64,000 nt of DNA. It comes from an uncultured Caldisericota bacterium. Its GTDB lineage: Bacteria; Caldisericota; Caldisericia; UBA6126. Shown here piece after piece: positions 8,723 through 18,338 of the stretch. The notes beneath the pieces were generated by a model. It was not told the DNA's origin, ran no database searches, and saw only the letters and a program-made list of their open reading frames with translations. The DNA lies in NCBI GenBank assembly GCA_964422555.1, contig CAYRBR010000001.1, forward strand, positions 3,352-67,351. The letters are read 5' to 3'. Each line of letters begins with the position of its first letter. Position 1 is the stretch's first letter. A program made the position numbers and the translations under genes.

Positions 8723-9763
8723 TTAAAGTTCTTTTAGCAGAGAATCTGCTAAGTTGAAGAAGCTTTTTGCAGAATCTGAATCTGGATATTCTTCTACTAC
8801 CGGTTTTTTATTGTTTCCACAGAAACTAATTGCTTCGTCCATTGGGATCTGTTCAAGTAATGGAGCTCCCATTGTTTTGGCCATGAGTTCTCCTCCACCC
8901 TTTCCGAAGATGGCATATGTATTTCCTGTGTCGGGTGCTTTAAAATAGCTCATGTTCTCAACAATTCCGGATACGTGTATATTTAGTTTGCAGAAAGTTT
9001 TGTAGAATCTTGTTGCATCATCTGTAGATACTTTAGAAGGAATGGTAACAACTAATCCTGAATCTAACGGAAGGGATTGCCCTACTGTTAACATGGCATC
9101 ACTGGTTCCTGGAGGGAGATCGATGAGTAGAAAGTCTAAATCACCCCACTTAGTCATGGAATACAGTTGCTGGATTGCATTAGAGATCATAGGTCCACGC
9201 CATACGATAGGTTCATTTGTTCCTTGTGTTAAAAAACCAATAGAAATTATCTTAACACCATATTGTTCGATTGGTTGAATGCTATTGTTATCCCCTAATG
9301 GATGCTGTTCTGTGTTAAACATAACGGGAATATTGGGACCTAATACATCAGCATCAAGAACTCCTACTTTCTTCCCTTTCTTAGCTAAAGCGATAGCAAG
9401 GTTTGTTACAACAGTCGATTTCCCAACACCACCTTTGCCAGAACCAATAGCAATGATTCGTTTAATTTTCCCTTTTGGTAGAACATGAGGGCCACCCATT
9501 CCAATTGCTTCTTTTTCTTTTTGGGTCATTTCTGAATAATCAATTGAAACGTTTTTTACTCCAATTTCTTTTAGTACTTTTTCTGCATCGTCAGCCATCG
9601 TTTTTTTAAGGGGGCATTTGATAGTAGTCAGATTAAGAGTAAAAGAAACATTGTGGTCTGAAATTGAGATATTTTTTACCATCCCAAGATCGACAATGCT
9701 CTTTTTTATCTCTGGATCCATAACCTTTTGCAATGCCTTAAGCACTTCTTCTTTTGTTAACAT
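8723..9763 (-). CDS. apbC: Mrp/NBP35-family Fe-S cluster carrier ATPase (ApbC) with an N-terminal DUF59/MIP18 domain
   Basis: Walker A (GSGKGGVGKSTV), an Mrp signature and a CxxC region. The start was chosen at MLTKEE, which has AGGAGA upstream. Confidence 0.85.
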   Translation of the reverse strand: MLTKEEVLKALQKVMDPEIKKSIVDLGMVKNISISDHNVSFTLNLTTIKCPLKKTMADDAEKVLKEIGVKNVSIDYSEMTQKEKEAIGMGGPHVLPKGKIKRIIAIGSGKGGVGKSTVVTNLAIALAKKGKKVGVLDADVLGPNIPVMFNTEQHPLGDNNSIQPIEQYGVKIISIGFLTQGTNEPIVWRGPMISNAIQQLYSMTKWGDLDFLLIDLPPGTSDAMLTVGQSLPLDSGLVVTIPSKVSTDDATRFYKTFCKLNIHVSGIVENMSYFKAPDTGNTYAIFGKGGGELMAKTMGAPLLEQIPMDEAISFCGNNKKPVVEEYPDSDSAKSFFNLADSLLKEL

Positions 9764-9842
9764 AAGTACCCATCTCCTATACATGTTTTTTTTAGTCTAA
9801 AACTCTTAGCGTGATCTTTCAATATCGAAAGGTAACATTTGG

Positions 9843-11192
9843 TTATAAGTGAAGTGGAATTCCTTCCGCTAATTCAATTGCCTCAGAAAAAACTTCTGAT
9901 AGTGTTGGATGTGGGAAAGTAGTATTTGCTGCAACGGGAAGAGGGATTTTGTTTTGAATTATTAAGGTTGCTAAGGATATCATATCGGAAGAGTGATCTC
10001 CAAAGAATGTACATCCAACTAGCAAGTTGTCTTCGATGAATAATTTAGCAAAACCTTCACGAATTCCACTAGCTCTGGCCTTTCCATTTGCAGAATAAGG
10101 GAAGATACATGTTTTTGAAGCAGTTCTTTTTCCTACAGCAGAGTATTCGGGGTGGGTAAAAATAACGCTTGGTTGGTATTCGTAATTGATAGGTTCTACT
10201 TCCTTACCAAAAATTCTTGCAGCAGCAATTAAACCTTCTCTGCTAGCAGTATGGGCTAACATCCATTTTCCATTCACATCTCCAATTGCATATACATCCG
10301 GTTGGTTTGTTTCCATATACTCGTTTGTTACAATTCCTTTAGGGGAATAGTCAAGTTGTAAAGAATTGAAAAGTGGTTCATTTATCAACGGTTTTCTTCC
10401 GGTTGCAATTAGAACTGTTTCACAGTCCATCGAGTTTTGTTCAGAATTCTGAGTCCATTTTACAGTGACGATTCCATTGTCATTTTTTACTGATTCTACT
10501 TTACATCCATTTAGGATTGTAATCCCAGCTTTTTGGAGACTTTTTTTCAAGGCTTCAGTTGATTCTTTGTCTTCACATGGCAGTACTTGATCCATCCACT
10601 CAAGAACGGTTACCTTAGAGCCAAGCTGATTGTAAATCGTTGCCATTTCTAAACCAATTACACCAGCACCAATAATAACAAATCGAGCGGGGATTTCTGC
10701 AATTTCTAGTGCTTTGTCACTATATATAATTCTTTCGTGATCTGGAACAATTGAAGGGATGGAACTAGGAACAGAACCAGTTGCAAGAATTAGTTTGTCA
10801 AAAGGTACAGATAACTCTTTCTCGGTAGATTGAACAAGAACTTTTTTATCTTTAACGGAGACTGCTTCTCCTTGTATGACATTTACATTGTTTTTCTTAA
10901 GCAGAAAACCAATTCCCTGACGAGACATAGTTACAGCTTTTTTTGCATGTTTTTGTAATTTTTTTAAGTTAATACTAGGTTTTTCACCATCAATACCAAC
11001 GGAAGTGTAACTTTTCCACTGAATCAGTGGTTCAACTCCTTTGATAAGAGCTTTAGTCGGAATACAACCTACGTTTACACAGGTTCCACCCAAGTGATTT
11101 TTTTCAATCACTGTTACTTCTCCCCCATATTGAGCACATCGGATTGCCGTTACATATCCCCCGGGTCCGCCACCGATAACAACTATTTTCAT
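9843..11192 (-). CDS. lpdA: Dihydrolipoyl dehydrogenase (E3 component). An orphan here, with no E1/E2 genes adjacent.
   Basis: FAD motif GGGPGGY, redox disulfide GGTCVNVGCIPTK, NAD-binding GAGVIGLE, and a C-terminal HPTLSE dimerisation motif. Confidence 0.85.
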   Translation of the reverse strand: MKIVVIGGGPGGYVTAIRCAQYGGEVTVIEKNHLGGTCVNVGCIPTKALIKGVEPLIQWKSYTSVGIDGEKPSINLKKLQKHAKKAVTMSRQGIGFLLKKNNVNVIQGEAVSVKDKKVLVQSTEKELSVPFDKLILATGSVPSSIPSIVPDHERIIYSDKALEIAEIPARFVIIGAGVIGLEMATIYNQLGSKVTVLEWMDQVLPCEDKESTEALKKSLQKAGITILNGCKVESVKNDNGIVTVKWTQNSEQNSMDCETVLIATGRKPLINEPLFNSLQLDYSPKGIVTNEYMETNQPDVYAIGDVNGKWMLAHTASREGLIAAARIFGKEVEPINYEYQPSVIFTHPEYSAVGKRTASKTCIFPYSANGKARASGIREGFAKLFIEDNLLVGCTFFGDHSSDMISLATLIIQNKIPLPVAANTTFPHPTLSEVFSEAIELAEGIPLHL

Positions 11193-11322
11193 GAATAACT
11201 CCTACATTTTTTCAAAATTTTAATAAGCACTTAATTAGAATAAGGAATGGGCAGTAAAGTTCAAAAAAAACTGTTACTTTTTGGCACATTGCATTTCTGT
11301 AATTCTATTTTATTATGATTGC

Positions 11323-12195
11323 ATGATTGGCATCCACTTACGTTTGAAAAATGATATTGTTGCAGTAAAAAAAACACTTGATGAGTTACAAATCGATTGT
11401 ATCCAATTGTTTTTAGAACCTTTGTATGGGATTTCCTTCAGAAGAAAGCTTCATTATAGGGCAGTGTTTCGAGAATTAAAAAAAAGAGGTTATATTTCTA
11501 CCGTGTTTCTTCATTCTCCCGATAGTGTATCGCTTCGGGAATCGAAAAATGGTAGTACAATCCCAGCCTGGAAAAGAATTAGAGAAAGATTGCAGGAAGC
11601 TGACGATATTGGAGCAGATGGTCTAATTGTACACGTAAATGTTTCAAAAGAGTTCCCTATTTCTAAGATAAGAGAAGAGATGGAATCTGTGTTTTACGAT
11701 TTCTATAGCAATGCACAGCTCTTGCTTGAGAATGTTACTATCCAAAAATCAATTGGATCTCATCTTCCCCTGTTTCAAGATTTGGTCAAATCTCTTAATG
11801 AAGTATATCCTATATTTGTTTGTCTTGATACTGCTCATTTGTTTGAGGTGGGATATTCTTTTCAGGACAAAGATGAGATGAGAGCGTTATCTAGTTCATT
11901 TCCCATCGTATTTCAAAAAACCCGATTAGTACATTTAAATGATTCAAGAACAGAAAAAGGGAGTTACTTAGATCACCATGCTTCTTTAGGAGACGGTTTT
12001 ATTGGGGCAGGTTCTTTAGGGGCTGTTGTCTCTGTTTTTCCAGAAGATATGTTTTATATTGCAGAATTACCGAAGAGCGAAAATGAAAGATTAGTGGAAA
12101 ATGTTGAAATTTTACGACAAATTGTAAATGGTAACAAAAATAAGCTTGATGAAATGAAACCAAACTGTAAAATAGAAAGGGTATTTTATTTTTAA
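11323..12195 (+). CDS. nfo: Endonuclease IV-like AP endonuclease (TIM-barrel, xylose-isomerase-like fold)
   Basis: Motifs are LLLENV...G, VCLDTAHLFEVGY and LVHLNDSR...HHASLGDGFIG (compare Endo IV CxDTCHxFAAGYD and HLNDSK...H..G.G.IG). The start was set at MIGIHL to match Endo IV N-termini, and the RBS there is weak. Confidence 0.6.
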   Translation: MIGIHLRLKNDIVAVKKTLDELQIDCIQLFLEPLYGISFRRKLHYRAVFRELKKRGYISTVFLHSPDSVSLRESKNGSTIPAWKRIRERLQEADDIGADGLIVHVNVSKEFPISKIREEMESVFYDFYSNAQLLLENVTIQKSIGSHLPLFQDLVKSLNEVYPIFVCLDTAHLFEVGYSFQDKDEMRALSSSFPIVFQKTRLVHLNDSRTEKGSYLDHHASLGDGFIGAGSLGAVVSVFPEDMFYIAELPKSENERLVENVEILRQIVNGNKNKLDEMKPNCKIERVFYF

Positions 12196-12294
12196 AAACA
12201 TAGTTTATTGAAACTATGTTTACTATTGATTACCTTTTACATGGGCTTTTGATATCCTCATCGAAGTACTGAGTAGAAGGTACAGGAGGCAATT

Positions 12295-12561
12295 ATGTTA
12301 ACAAAAGAGGAAAAGTCTGCCATTATTGAGAAGTATAAAACTCATGAAGGTGACAACGGTTCGCCCGATGTCCAGATCGCTATTTTAACCAAAAAAATCC
12401 AAATGCTATCGGAACACTTATCCTATCATAAGCATGACCATAGCTCTAGACGTGGATTATTAAAAATGGTTGGACAGAGAAGAAGATTACAAAGGTATTT
12501 GAAAAAAACAGATGTTGAACGGTACAAAACATTAATTCAACAACTAGGAATCAGAGGATAA
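12295..12561 (+). CDS. rpsO: 30S ribosomal protein S15
   Basis: 88 aa with conserved S15 sequence ([14 protein letters not shown]...[22 protein letters not shown]). GGAGG RBS. Confidence 0.97.
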   Translation: MLTKEEKSAIIEKYKTHEGDNGSPDVQIAILTKKIQMLSEHLSYHKHDHSSRRGLLKMVGQRRRLQRYLKKTDVERYKTLIQQLGIRG

Positions 12562-12571
12562 AAAAAACTAC

Positions 12572-14707
12572 ATGAAAGAACATAAACCAATTACATTTGA
12601 ACGGAAGATTGATGGCGTACACTATAGTTTTGAGTATGGAAAATTAGCAAAACAAGCAGGTGCGTCTTTGTTATGTACTGCTGGAGAAACAAAAGTACTA
12701 GTATTAGTTACAATGACCAGAGAACCAAAGGAAGATATTGATTTTTTCCCTCTAACAGTAGATTATTCAGAAAAGTTGTATTCAGCTGGAAAAATTCCAG
12801 GAGGTTTTTTTAAACGAGGTGGAAGACCTTCTGATAAAGAAATTCTAAAATCAAGATTGATTGACAGACCTTTGCGACCTCTTTTCCCAAAGTATCTAAG
12901 AAATGGTGTTCAGATCATTGCTTATGTTCTTTCATTTGATGGTTTAAATTCACCTGATATTTTAGCCATTAATGGAGCTTCCATAGCTGCATGTATATCA
13001 AATGCTCCATTCAACGGTCCTGTAGCTGCTACACGATGCGGGTTTATTAACGGTGAACTTGTAGCAAATCCTCCTATTGAAGAAGGGGATGAAAATTCAT
13101 TGGATCTTGTCGTAGCTGAAACTGAGAAGTCTGTTATGATGGTAGAGGCCGGAGCAAATATACTCGATGAAGATACTATTTTAGAGGCATTCCAGTTTAT
13201 TCATGAAAAGAATCAAGAAATGATTTCTTGGCAAAAAGAAATCATTGAAGGGCTTCCGAAAAAAGAAAAGTATATTCCTGTTAAACCTGAAGCATCAGCT
13301 GATGCAACAGAAGCAGTAAAAAGTTTCCTTGATCCACGAATTGAAGATGCATTGTTCAATCCTGACAAGAAACAAAGAGAAGCCGCTGAACAAGAGCTTA
13401 GAGCAGATATGCATGAAGAATGTGATAGTCAATTTGAAGATAGAGAGAAAGAGCTTGATTTAGCTTATGATAACTATCTGTCCCACTATGTCAGAGATAT
13501 GATTATTACAGCAAACAGAAGACCTGATGGAAGAAAAGAAGACGAAATTCGTGATCTTTCTATGGAAGTTGGACTGCTCCCAAGAGCTCACGGGAGTGCA
13601 GTGTTTACTCGAGGACAGACACAAGTACTTTCAGTTGTTACACTGGGGGGAAAAGGTGAAGGTCAGTTAATAGAAAGTATTGATGAAGAAGTTACAAAGC
13701 ATTATATGCATTATTATAATTTCCCTCCATTCAGTGTTGGTGAAGTGCGACCATTACGAGGAGCTGGGAGAAGAGAAGTTGGACACGGTGCTCTAGCCGA
13801 AAGAGCAGTGTATCCGGTTGTTCCTTCTGAAGAGAAATTTGCATACACAATCCATGTAGTTTCCGAAGTGCTAGAATCAAATGGATCCAGTTCTCAGGCT
13901 TCCATCTGTGGAAGTACTTTAGCATTGATGGATGCTGGGGTTCCAATTTCGGATCCTGTTGCCGGTATTGCAATGGGATTGATTGCCGATGAAAATGGAT
14001 CAGATTACCGAATTTTAACAGACATTCAGGGTGTTGAAGATTTTTCAGGTGACATGGATTTTAAAGTTGCTGGAACTCGCAATGGTATTACCGCTATTCA
14101 GATGGACGTAAAAAAACCAATTGTTACAATGCAAATACTGAAAGAAGGATTTCAAAGAGCGAAATCTGCTCGAATTGATATTTTAGACAAGATGTTTGAG
14201 ACAATTCAGGTAGCCAGACCAGATCTATCGATGTATGCTCCCAGAATGAAAATTGTTCAGATAAAACAGGAACATATTGGAGAATTAATTGGTCCTGGTG
14301 GAAAAAATATTAAGCGTATTATTGAAGAGACAGGTGTTAAGATTGACATTGAGCCTGATGGAAGAGTGTTTATTTCATCCGACAATCAAGAAGGTTTAAC
14401 AAAAGCACTGAATGAAATAGACGAGATTACAAAAGAAATTGAAGCTGGACAAATATATAGCGGAAAAGTAGTCCGAATTTGTGATTTTGGGGCTTTTGTT
14501 GAGTTAAAAAAAGGTACAGATGGCCTTTTACATGTATCGCAGATTTCTTCAAGAAGAGTCAACAACGAAGATGGAAAACTAAAAGCTGGGAATGATATAT
14601 TGGTAAGAATGGGTCAGATTGTTACTGTGAAGGTGGCTTCGGTGGATCCAGAAAATGGAAGAATTAGCTTAACAATGAAAGGGATTGAACAGAATCAAGA
14701 AGAATAG
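12572..14707 (+). CDS. pnp: Polynucleotide phosphorylase
   Basis: 711 aa with two RNase PH domains plus KH and S1 domains, in the classical rpsO-pnp arrangement. Confidence 0.97.
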   Translation: MKEHKPITFERKIDGVHYSFEYGKLAKQAGASLLCTAGETKVLVLVTMTREPKEDIDFFPLTVDYSEKLYSAGKIPGGFFKRGGRPSDKEILKSRLIDRPLRPLFPKYLRNGVQIIAYVLSFDGLNSPDILAINGASIAACISNAPFNGPVAATRCGFINGELVANPPIEEGDENSLDLVVAETEKSVMMVEAGANILDEDTILEAFQFIHEKNQEMISWQKEIIEGLPKKEKYIPVKPEASADATEAVKSFLDPRIEDALFNPDKKQREAAEQELRADMHEECDSQFEDREKELDLAYDNYLSHYVRDMIITANRRPDGRKEDEIRDLSMEVGLLPRAHGSAVFTRGQTQVLSVVTLGGKGEGQLIESIDEEVTKHYMHYYNFPPFSVGEVRPLRGAGRREVGHGALAERAVYPVVPSEEKFAYTIHVVSEVLESNGSSSQASICGSTLALMDAGVPISDPVAGIAMGLIADENGSDYRILTDIQGVEDFSGDMDFKVAGTRNGITAIQMDVKKPIVTMQILKEGFQRAKSARIDILDKMFETIQVARPDLSMYAPRMKIVQIKQEHIGELIGPGGKNIKRIIEETGVKIDIEPDGRVFISSDNQEGLTKALNEIDEITKEIEAGQIYSGKVVRICDFGAFVELKKGTDGLLHVSQISSRRVNNEDGKLKAGNDILVRMGQIVTVKVASVDPENGRISLTMKGIEQNQEE

Positions 14708-14709
14708 TA

Positions 14710-15306
14710 ATGGATCCTCAACTATGGTCAGATAACTGGAAACAAAATATCGCTGAATCATTAGAAAAAAGAATAAAGAATTGTAAGAAATGTGATTTGT
14801 GCAAAACTAGGAATAATCCTGTACCTGGTGCAGGATGTCTTGATGCCGATGTTATGTTCATCGGTGAAGGTCCTGGAAAGAATGAAGATATTGCTGGCTT
14901 ACCATTTGTAGGTCAAGCTGGAAAAATACTAGATAGTTTGCTTGATAGTATCGGTCTGGAAAGAAGTGATATTTTCATTGGAAATACTGTGAAGTGCCGT
15001 CCTCCTAATAACAGAACTCCATCAGTTAAAGAGATGGAGGCGTGTAAACCCTATTTGGTTTCTCAAATCGAGTTAATACAACCCAAAATTATCGTTATCA
15101 TGGGAAGTGCTGCATTATCTTCACTTTTTGGTCCCGGACGTTCCATTTCGAAAGAACGAGGTAAGCCGGTTGATTTGGAGGGTATCTGTTATTTTCCTAC
15201 CTATCATCCTGCTGCTGCTTTATATAGACGACAAACTCTTGAGTATATACAAGAGGATTTTTATAAACTAAATCAATTATTAATTGAGAAGAAAGAGACA
15301 ACATGA
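14710..15306 (+). CDS. Uracil-DNA glycosylase, family 4 (Fe-S type)
   Basis: GEGPGxxE motif (IGEGPGKNEDIAGLPFVGQAGKILD), the Cys ligand pattern (CKKCDLC...C...C) and HPAA. It starts 3 nt after the pnp stop. Confidence 0.85.
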   Translation: MDPQLWSDNWKQNIAESLEKRIKNCKKCDLCKTRNNPVPGAGCLDADVMFIGEGPGKNEDIAGLPFVGQAGKILDSLLDSIGLERSDIFIGNTVKCRPPNNRTPSVKEMEACKPYLVSQIELIQPKIIVIMGSAALSSLFGPGRSISKERGKPVDLEGICYFPTYHPAAALYRRQTLEYIQEDFYKLNQLLIEKKETT

Positions 15307-16949
15307 AAATACAAGTAAATTTTATGGGAGGTTTGAACGAAATTGGCAAGAATATGACATTGTTCGAATTTGATAACGACATCATTATTCTTGATGCAGG
15401 TTTTGAATTTCCCAGTGCTGATTTATTAGGAATCGATAGAGTTATACCTGATATAACGTACGCTGTAGAGAATAAAAAAAAGATAAAAGCAATCGTCTTG
15501 TCCCATGGTCATGCTGACCACATTGGTGGATTACGATATTTTTGTAAAGAATTAGGATATCCTCCCATTTATGCAACTGCATTAACAATTGGAATTGTAA
15601 AATCAGAATTACCAGCACATATTTCGAAGAATATTCAATTCAAAGAAGTGAAACTTCCATCATCTGTGAAAATCGGAAGAATAAAAATTGATTTTTTACG
15701 AGTAACACATAGTATACCAGACGGTTTGGCAACAGTATTTCATACACCTTACGGAAATATATTCCATTCGGGTGATTTCAAAGTAGACCTAACTCCGATC
15801 GATAATAAACCTATTGATTTACAGGGGATTGCTCATGCTGGCAGAGAAGGTGTTCTGTTATATATGGGGGATAGTACAAATGCTGATGAACCTGGATTTA
15901 CTCCATCTGAAAAAACAGTTGGACTTAAATTAGAGGATTTAATCCGAGCTTCTGAAGGAAGAATATTTGTAGCTACTTTTTCCACTAATCTTCACAGAAT
16001 TCAGCAGGTTATTGATATTGCCCAAAAAGTGAACCGTAAAGTTCTTGTTGATGGAAGATCAATGATGAACACAATCCAGGTTGCGAAAGAACTTTGATAT
16101 TCTTCTATCCCAGACAACTTGATTGCAAAAAACAGGGAAGCTCAGTTGTTACCGGATAATCGTTTAATTATCTTAACGACAGGTACACAAGGAGAACCAT
16201 TTTCTGGACTAACAAAATTAGCAAGAAATCAACACGGTTTACTCAGACTAAAGAAAAATGACAAAGTAATTATTTCAGCTGATCCAATCCCAGGAAACGA
16301 AGCTTCTGTAACAAAGAATATAAACAATCTTATCCGTTTGGGTGCCGATGTGGTTTATCGAACAGAAGGTATTCATGCATCCGGTCACGGCTCAAAAGAA
16401 GATTTACGACTTATGATGTCGTTGATAAAACCGAAATTTTTCATTCCAGTACATGGAGAGTACAGACAAATGTATGCTCATTGTAAAATTGCACACGAAG
16501 TGGGAGTTCCTGTTAACAATACTAAGATTTGTGAGAATGGAGCTTCTATACAGTTTTCAAAATCTCAAATGAGGCAAGTTGGCAGAATACCTGCTGACCC
16601 CATTTATATTGATGGAAGAAACGTAGGAGATATAGGTTTATCAGTAATTAATGAGCGCAAGCGTCTTTCAAGAGAAGGGGTTTTAAACGTAGTTGTGATT
16701 GTCAATCTCAAGAGACGTTCTATGACAACTCTGCCATTGATTGAAACAAAAGGACTTATATCATCTGATTTTTCGAGTAACTTATACGAAAAAGTAACAC
16801 AAGGTATTAAAGAGATTGTTAGAAAATGGTCGAAACAAAATGGAGATGGATCTGATCTTGAAAAAATGGTGAAAGGATATTTAGGAAGTTTCTTTTCTGC
16901 TGAAATTCATAGAAAACCTGTCATTTTCGTATCTGTTATTGAAGGGTAA
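15303..16949 (+). CDS. rnj: Ribonuclease J (MBL / beta-CASP) reading frame interrupted by one in-frame TGA at 16095-16097. The track splits it into 264-aa and 276-aa ORFs in the same frame.
   Basis: Motifs are LSHGHADHIGG, beta-CASP and a C-terminal domain. Reading through gives ...VAKEL*YSSIPDNLIAKNREAQLL..., which is continuous with RNase J homologues (AQELGY in B. subtilis J1). Its ATG overlaps the udg stop (ATGA). Confidence 0.75.
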
Positions 16950-16953
16950 TTCC

Positions 16954-17484
16954 ATGAAAAGTAGTAGCTTTCTAACAGTCAAATGGATTCGAGCTTCCAT
17001 TATTGGGGCTTTGTATTTTGCCTTAACTGTTGTTATCGCTCCTTTGTCGTTTGGACCAGTTCAGGTTCGAGTATCTGAGTTACTAACTGTACTACCTTTT
17101 TTCTTTCCCGAAGCTATTTGGGGTCTTACAATTGGTTGTTTGTTGGCTAATTTGTTTTCCCCCTTTGGTATTGTCGATATTGTTGGTGGAACTCTATGTA
17201 CCTTCATTGCAGCTTATTTAACCTATCTGTGTCGACATATTCCTCGAAAGACTATTGGTGCTTATATATCTATTCTCCCACCTATTTTAATCAATGGATT
17301 TGGTGTTAGTTTTTATGTAACATCCATGGCTGGAGGAGCTTTTTCTGTTCAGAATTTTTCGTTTCCTTTATATTTTTCTATTGCAGGATCTATATTATTG
17401 GGAGAAGCAATTTCTGTTGGAATAGGGGGATCTATGCTCATAACTTATTTGTTGCACAATACATTCAATGTATACAATAATTAG
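16954..17484 (+). CDS. queT: QueT-family transporter (queuosine-precursor ECF-type S component), putative
   Basis: A 177-aa membrane protein with a QueT-like VQVRVSELLTVLP motif. The start was set at the ATG at 16954. Confidence 0.45.
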   Translation: MKSSSFLTVKWIRASIIGALYFALTVVIAPLSFGPVQVRVSELLTVLPFFFPEAIWGLTIGCLLANLFSPFGIVDIVGGTLCTFIAAYLTYLCRHIPRKTIGAYISILPPILINGFGVSFYVTSMAGGAFSVQNFSFPLYFSIAGSILLGEAISVGIGGSMLITYLLHNTFNVYNN

Positions 17485-17498
17485 AACAAGGAGTTAAA

Positions 17499-18338
17499 AT
17501 GAAGGTAGCTTTGGCTCAAATGGAACCGGTTTTTGCAAATTGGGAAAAATCACTTGAGAAACATGCCCTGTTTGTTGAAAAAGCGATAGACGAAAAAGCT
17601 GACTTGATTGTATTCCCCGAGATGTCATTAACAGGGTATAATTTGAAAGATCTTACTCCTGATTTATGTGTAGATCCTACTAGAGAAAAACTGAAAGAAG
17701 TTCTTCGATTGTCTATGCAAATTGATGTAGTAGTCAGTTATCCTGAAGTGGATCACCAATATCGACGATATATTAGTGCTGCTTACTGTTCAAAAGGTGA
17801 AATTGAATCGGTCCATCGAAAAGTATTTCTTCCTGTTAATGGAATGTTTAATGATCCGAAAGATTTTGTAGCAGGAAGTACTTTTCATACTTTTACTATT
17901 GACAATATCCGAATGGGAATGTTAGTGTGCAGAGATATGTGGCATGAAGAAGCTGTAGTGGCTATGGTGAAACAAGGAGTTCAGTGCATAATTGTCTGTG
18001 CAAATATTCCATTGCGTGATATTAATAGCACAGGACCTGTTATTGACTCATTTATAGAAAGAACTGTAAGGGGATATGCTGAAAAGAACGATATCTATTT
18101 TGTTTATGTGAATCGTGTTGGTTTTGAAGAAGGAACTTGTTTTTATGGGGGGAGCATGCTGGTAGATCCTTCGGGAACAATTGCATGTAAACTACCTTTT
18201 ATAGAAGAAAAGATTGATTACGCATCCATTAATTTAGATACAATACGAAAGAAAATTCGATCCTTTCCACTTCACTTTGATAGAAAAGACAATCTGATTG
18301 GAAAGCTGTTTCTAGAGGATGAAAATGAAAACAAATAG
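17499..18338 (+). CDS. Carbon-nitrogen hydrolase (Nit-type glutaminase subunit partnering NadE)
   Basis: CN-hydrolase E-K-C triad contexts (FPEMSLTGY, HRKVFLP, LVCRDMW). It overlaps the following nadE by 20 nt. Confidence 0.8.
   Translation: MKVALAQMEPVFANWEKSLEKHALFVEKAIDEKADLIVFPEMSLTGYNLKDLTPDLCVDPTREKLKEVLRLSMQIDVVVSYPEVDHQYRRYISAAYCSKGEIESVHRKVFLPVNGMFNDPKDFVAGSTFHTFTIDNIRMGMLVCRDMWHEEAVVAMVKQGVQCIIVCANIPLRDINSTGPVIDSFIERTVRGYAEKNDIYFVYVNRVGFEEGTCFYGGSMLVDPSGTIACKLPFIEEKIDYASINLDTIRKKIRSFPLHFDRKDNLIGKLFLEDENENK

Noticed and set aside
9843-11192. Orphan lpdA interpreted as mercuric reductase or another disulfide reductase
   Set aside because: It lacks the N-terminal HMA domain and C-terminal Cys pair of MerA. 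It has the Lpd HPTLSE C-terminus, so it is more likely a glycine-cleavage or 2-oxoacid E3 encoded apart from its partners.
15303-16949. Genome-wide TGA recoding (genetic code 4/25) as an explanation for the RNase J stop
   Set aside because: All other long genes (leuS, pnp, purL, the SBP and others) are intact under the standard code and use TGG for Trp. The RNase J TGA is the only internal stop in 64 kb.
16940-16953. preQ1 riboswitch ahead of the QueT-like gene
   Set aside because: Only 4 nt separate the rnj stop from the queT ATG, leaving no room. The upstream sequence is RNase J coding.
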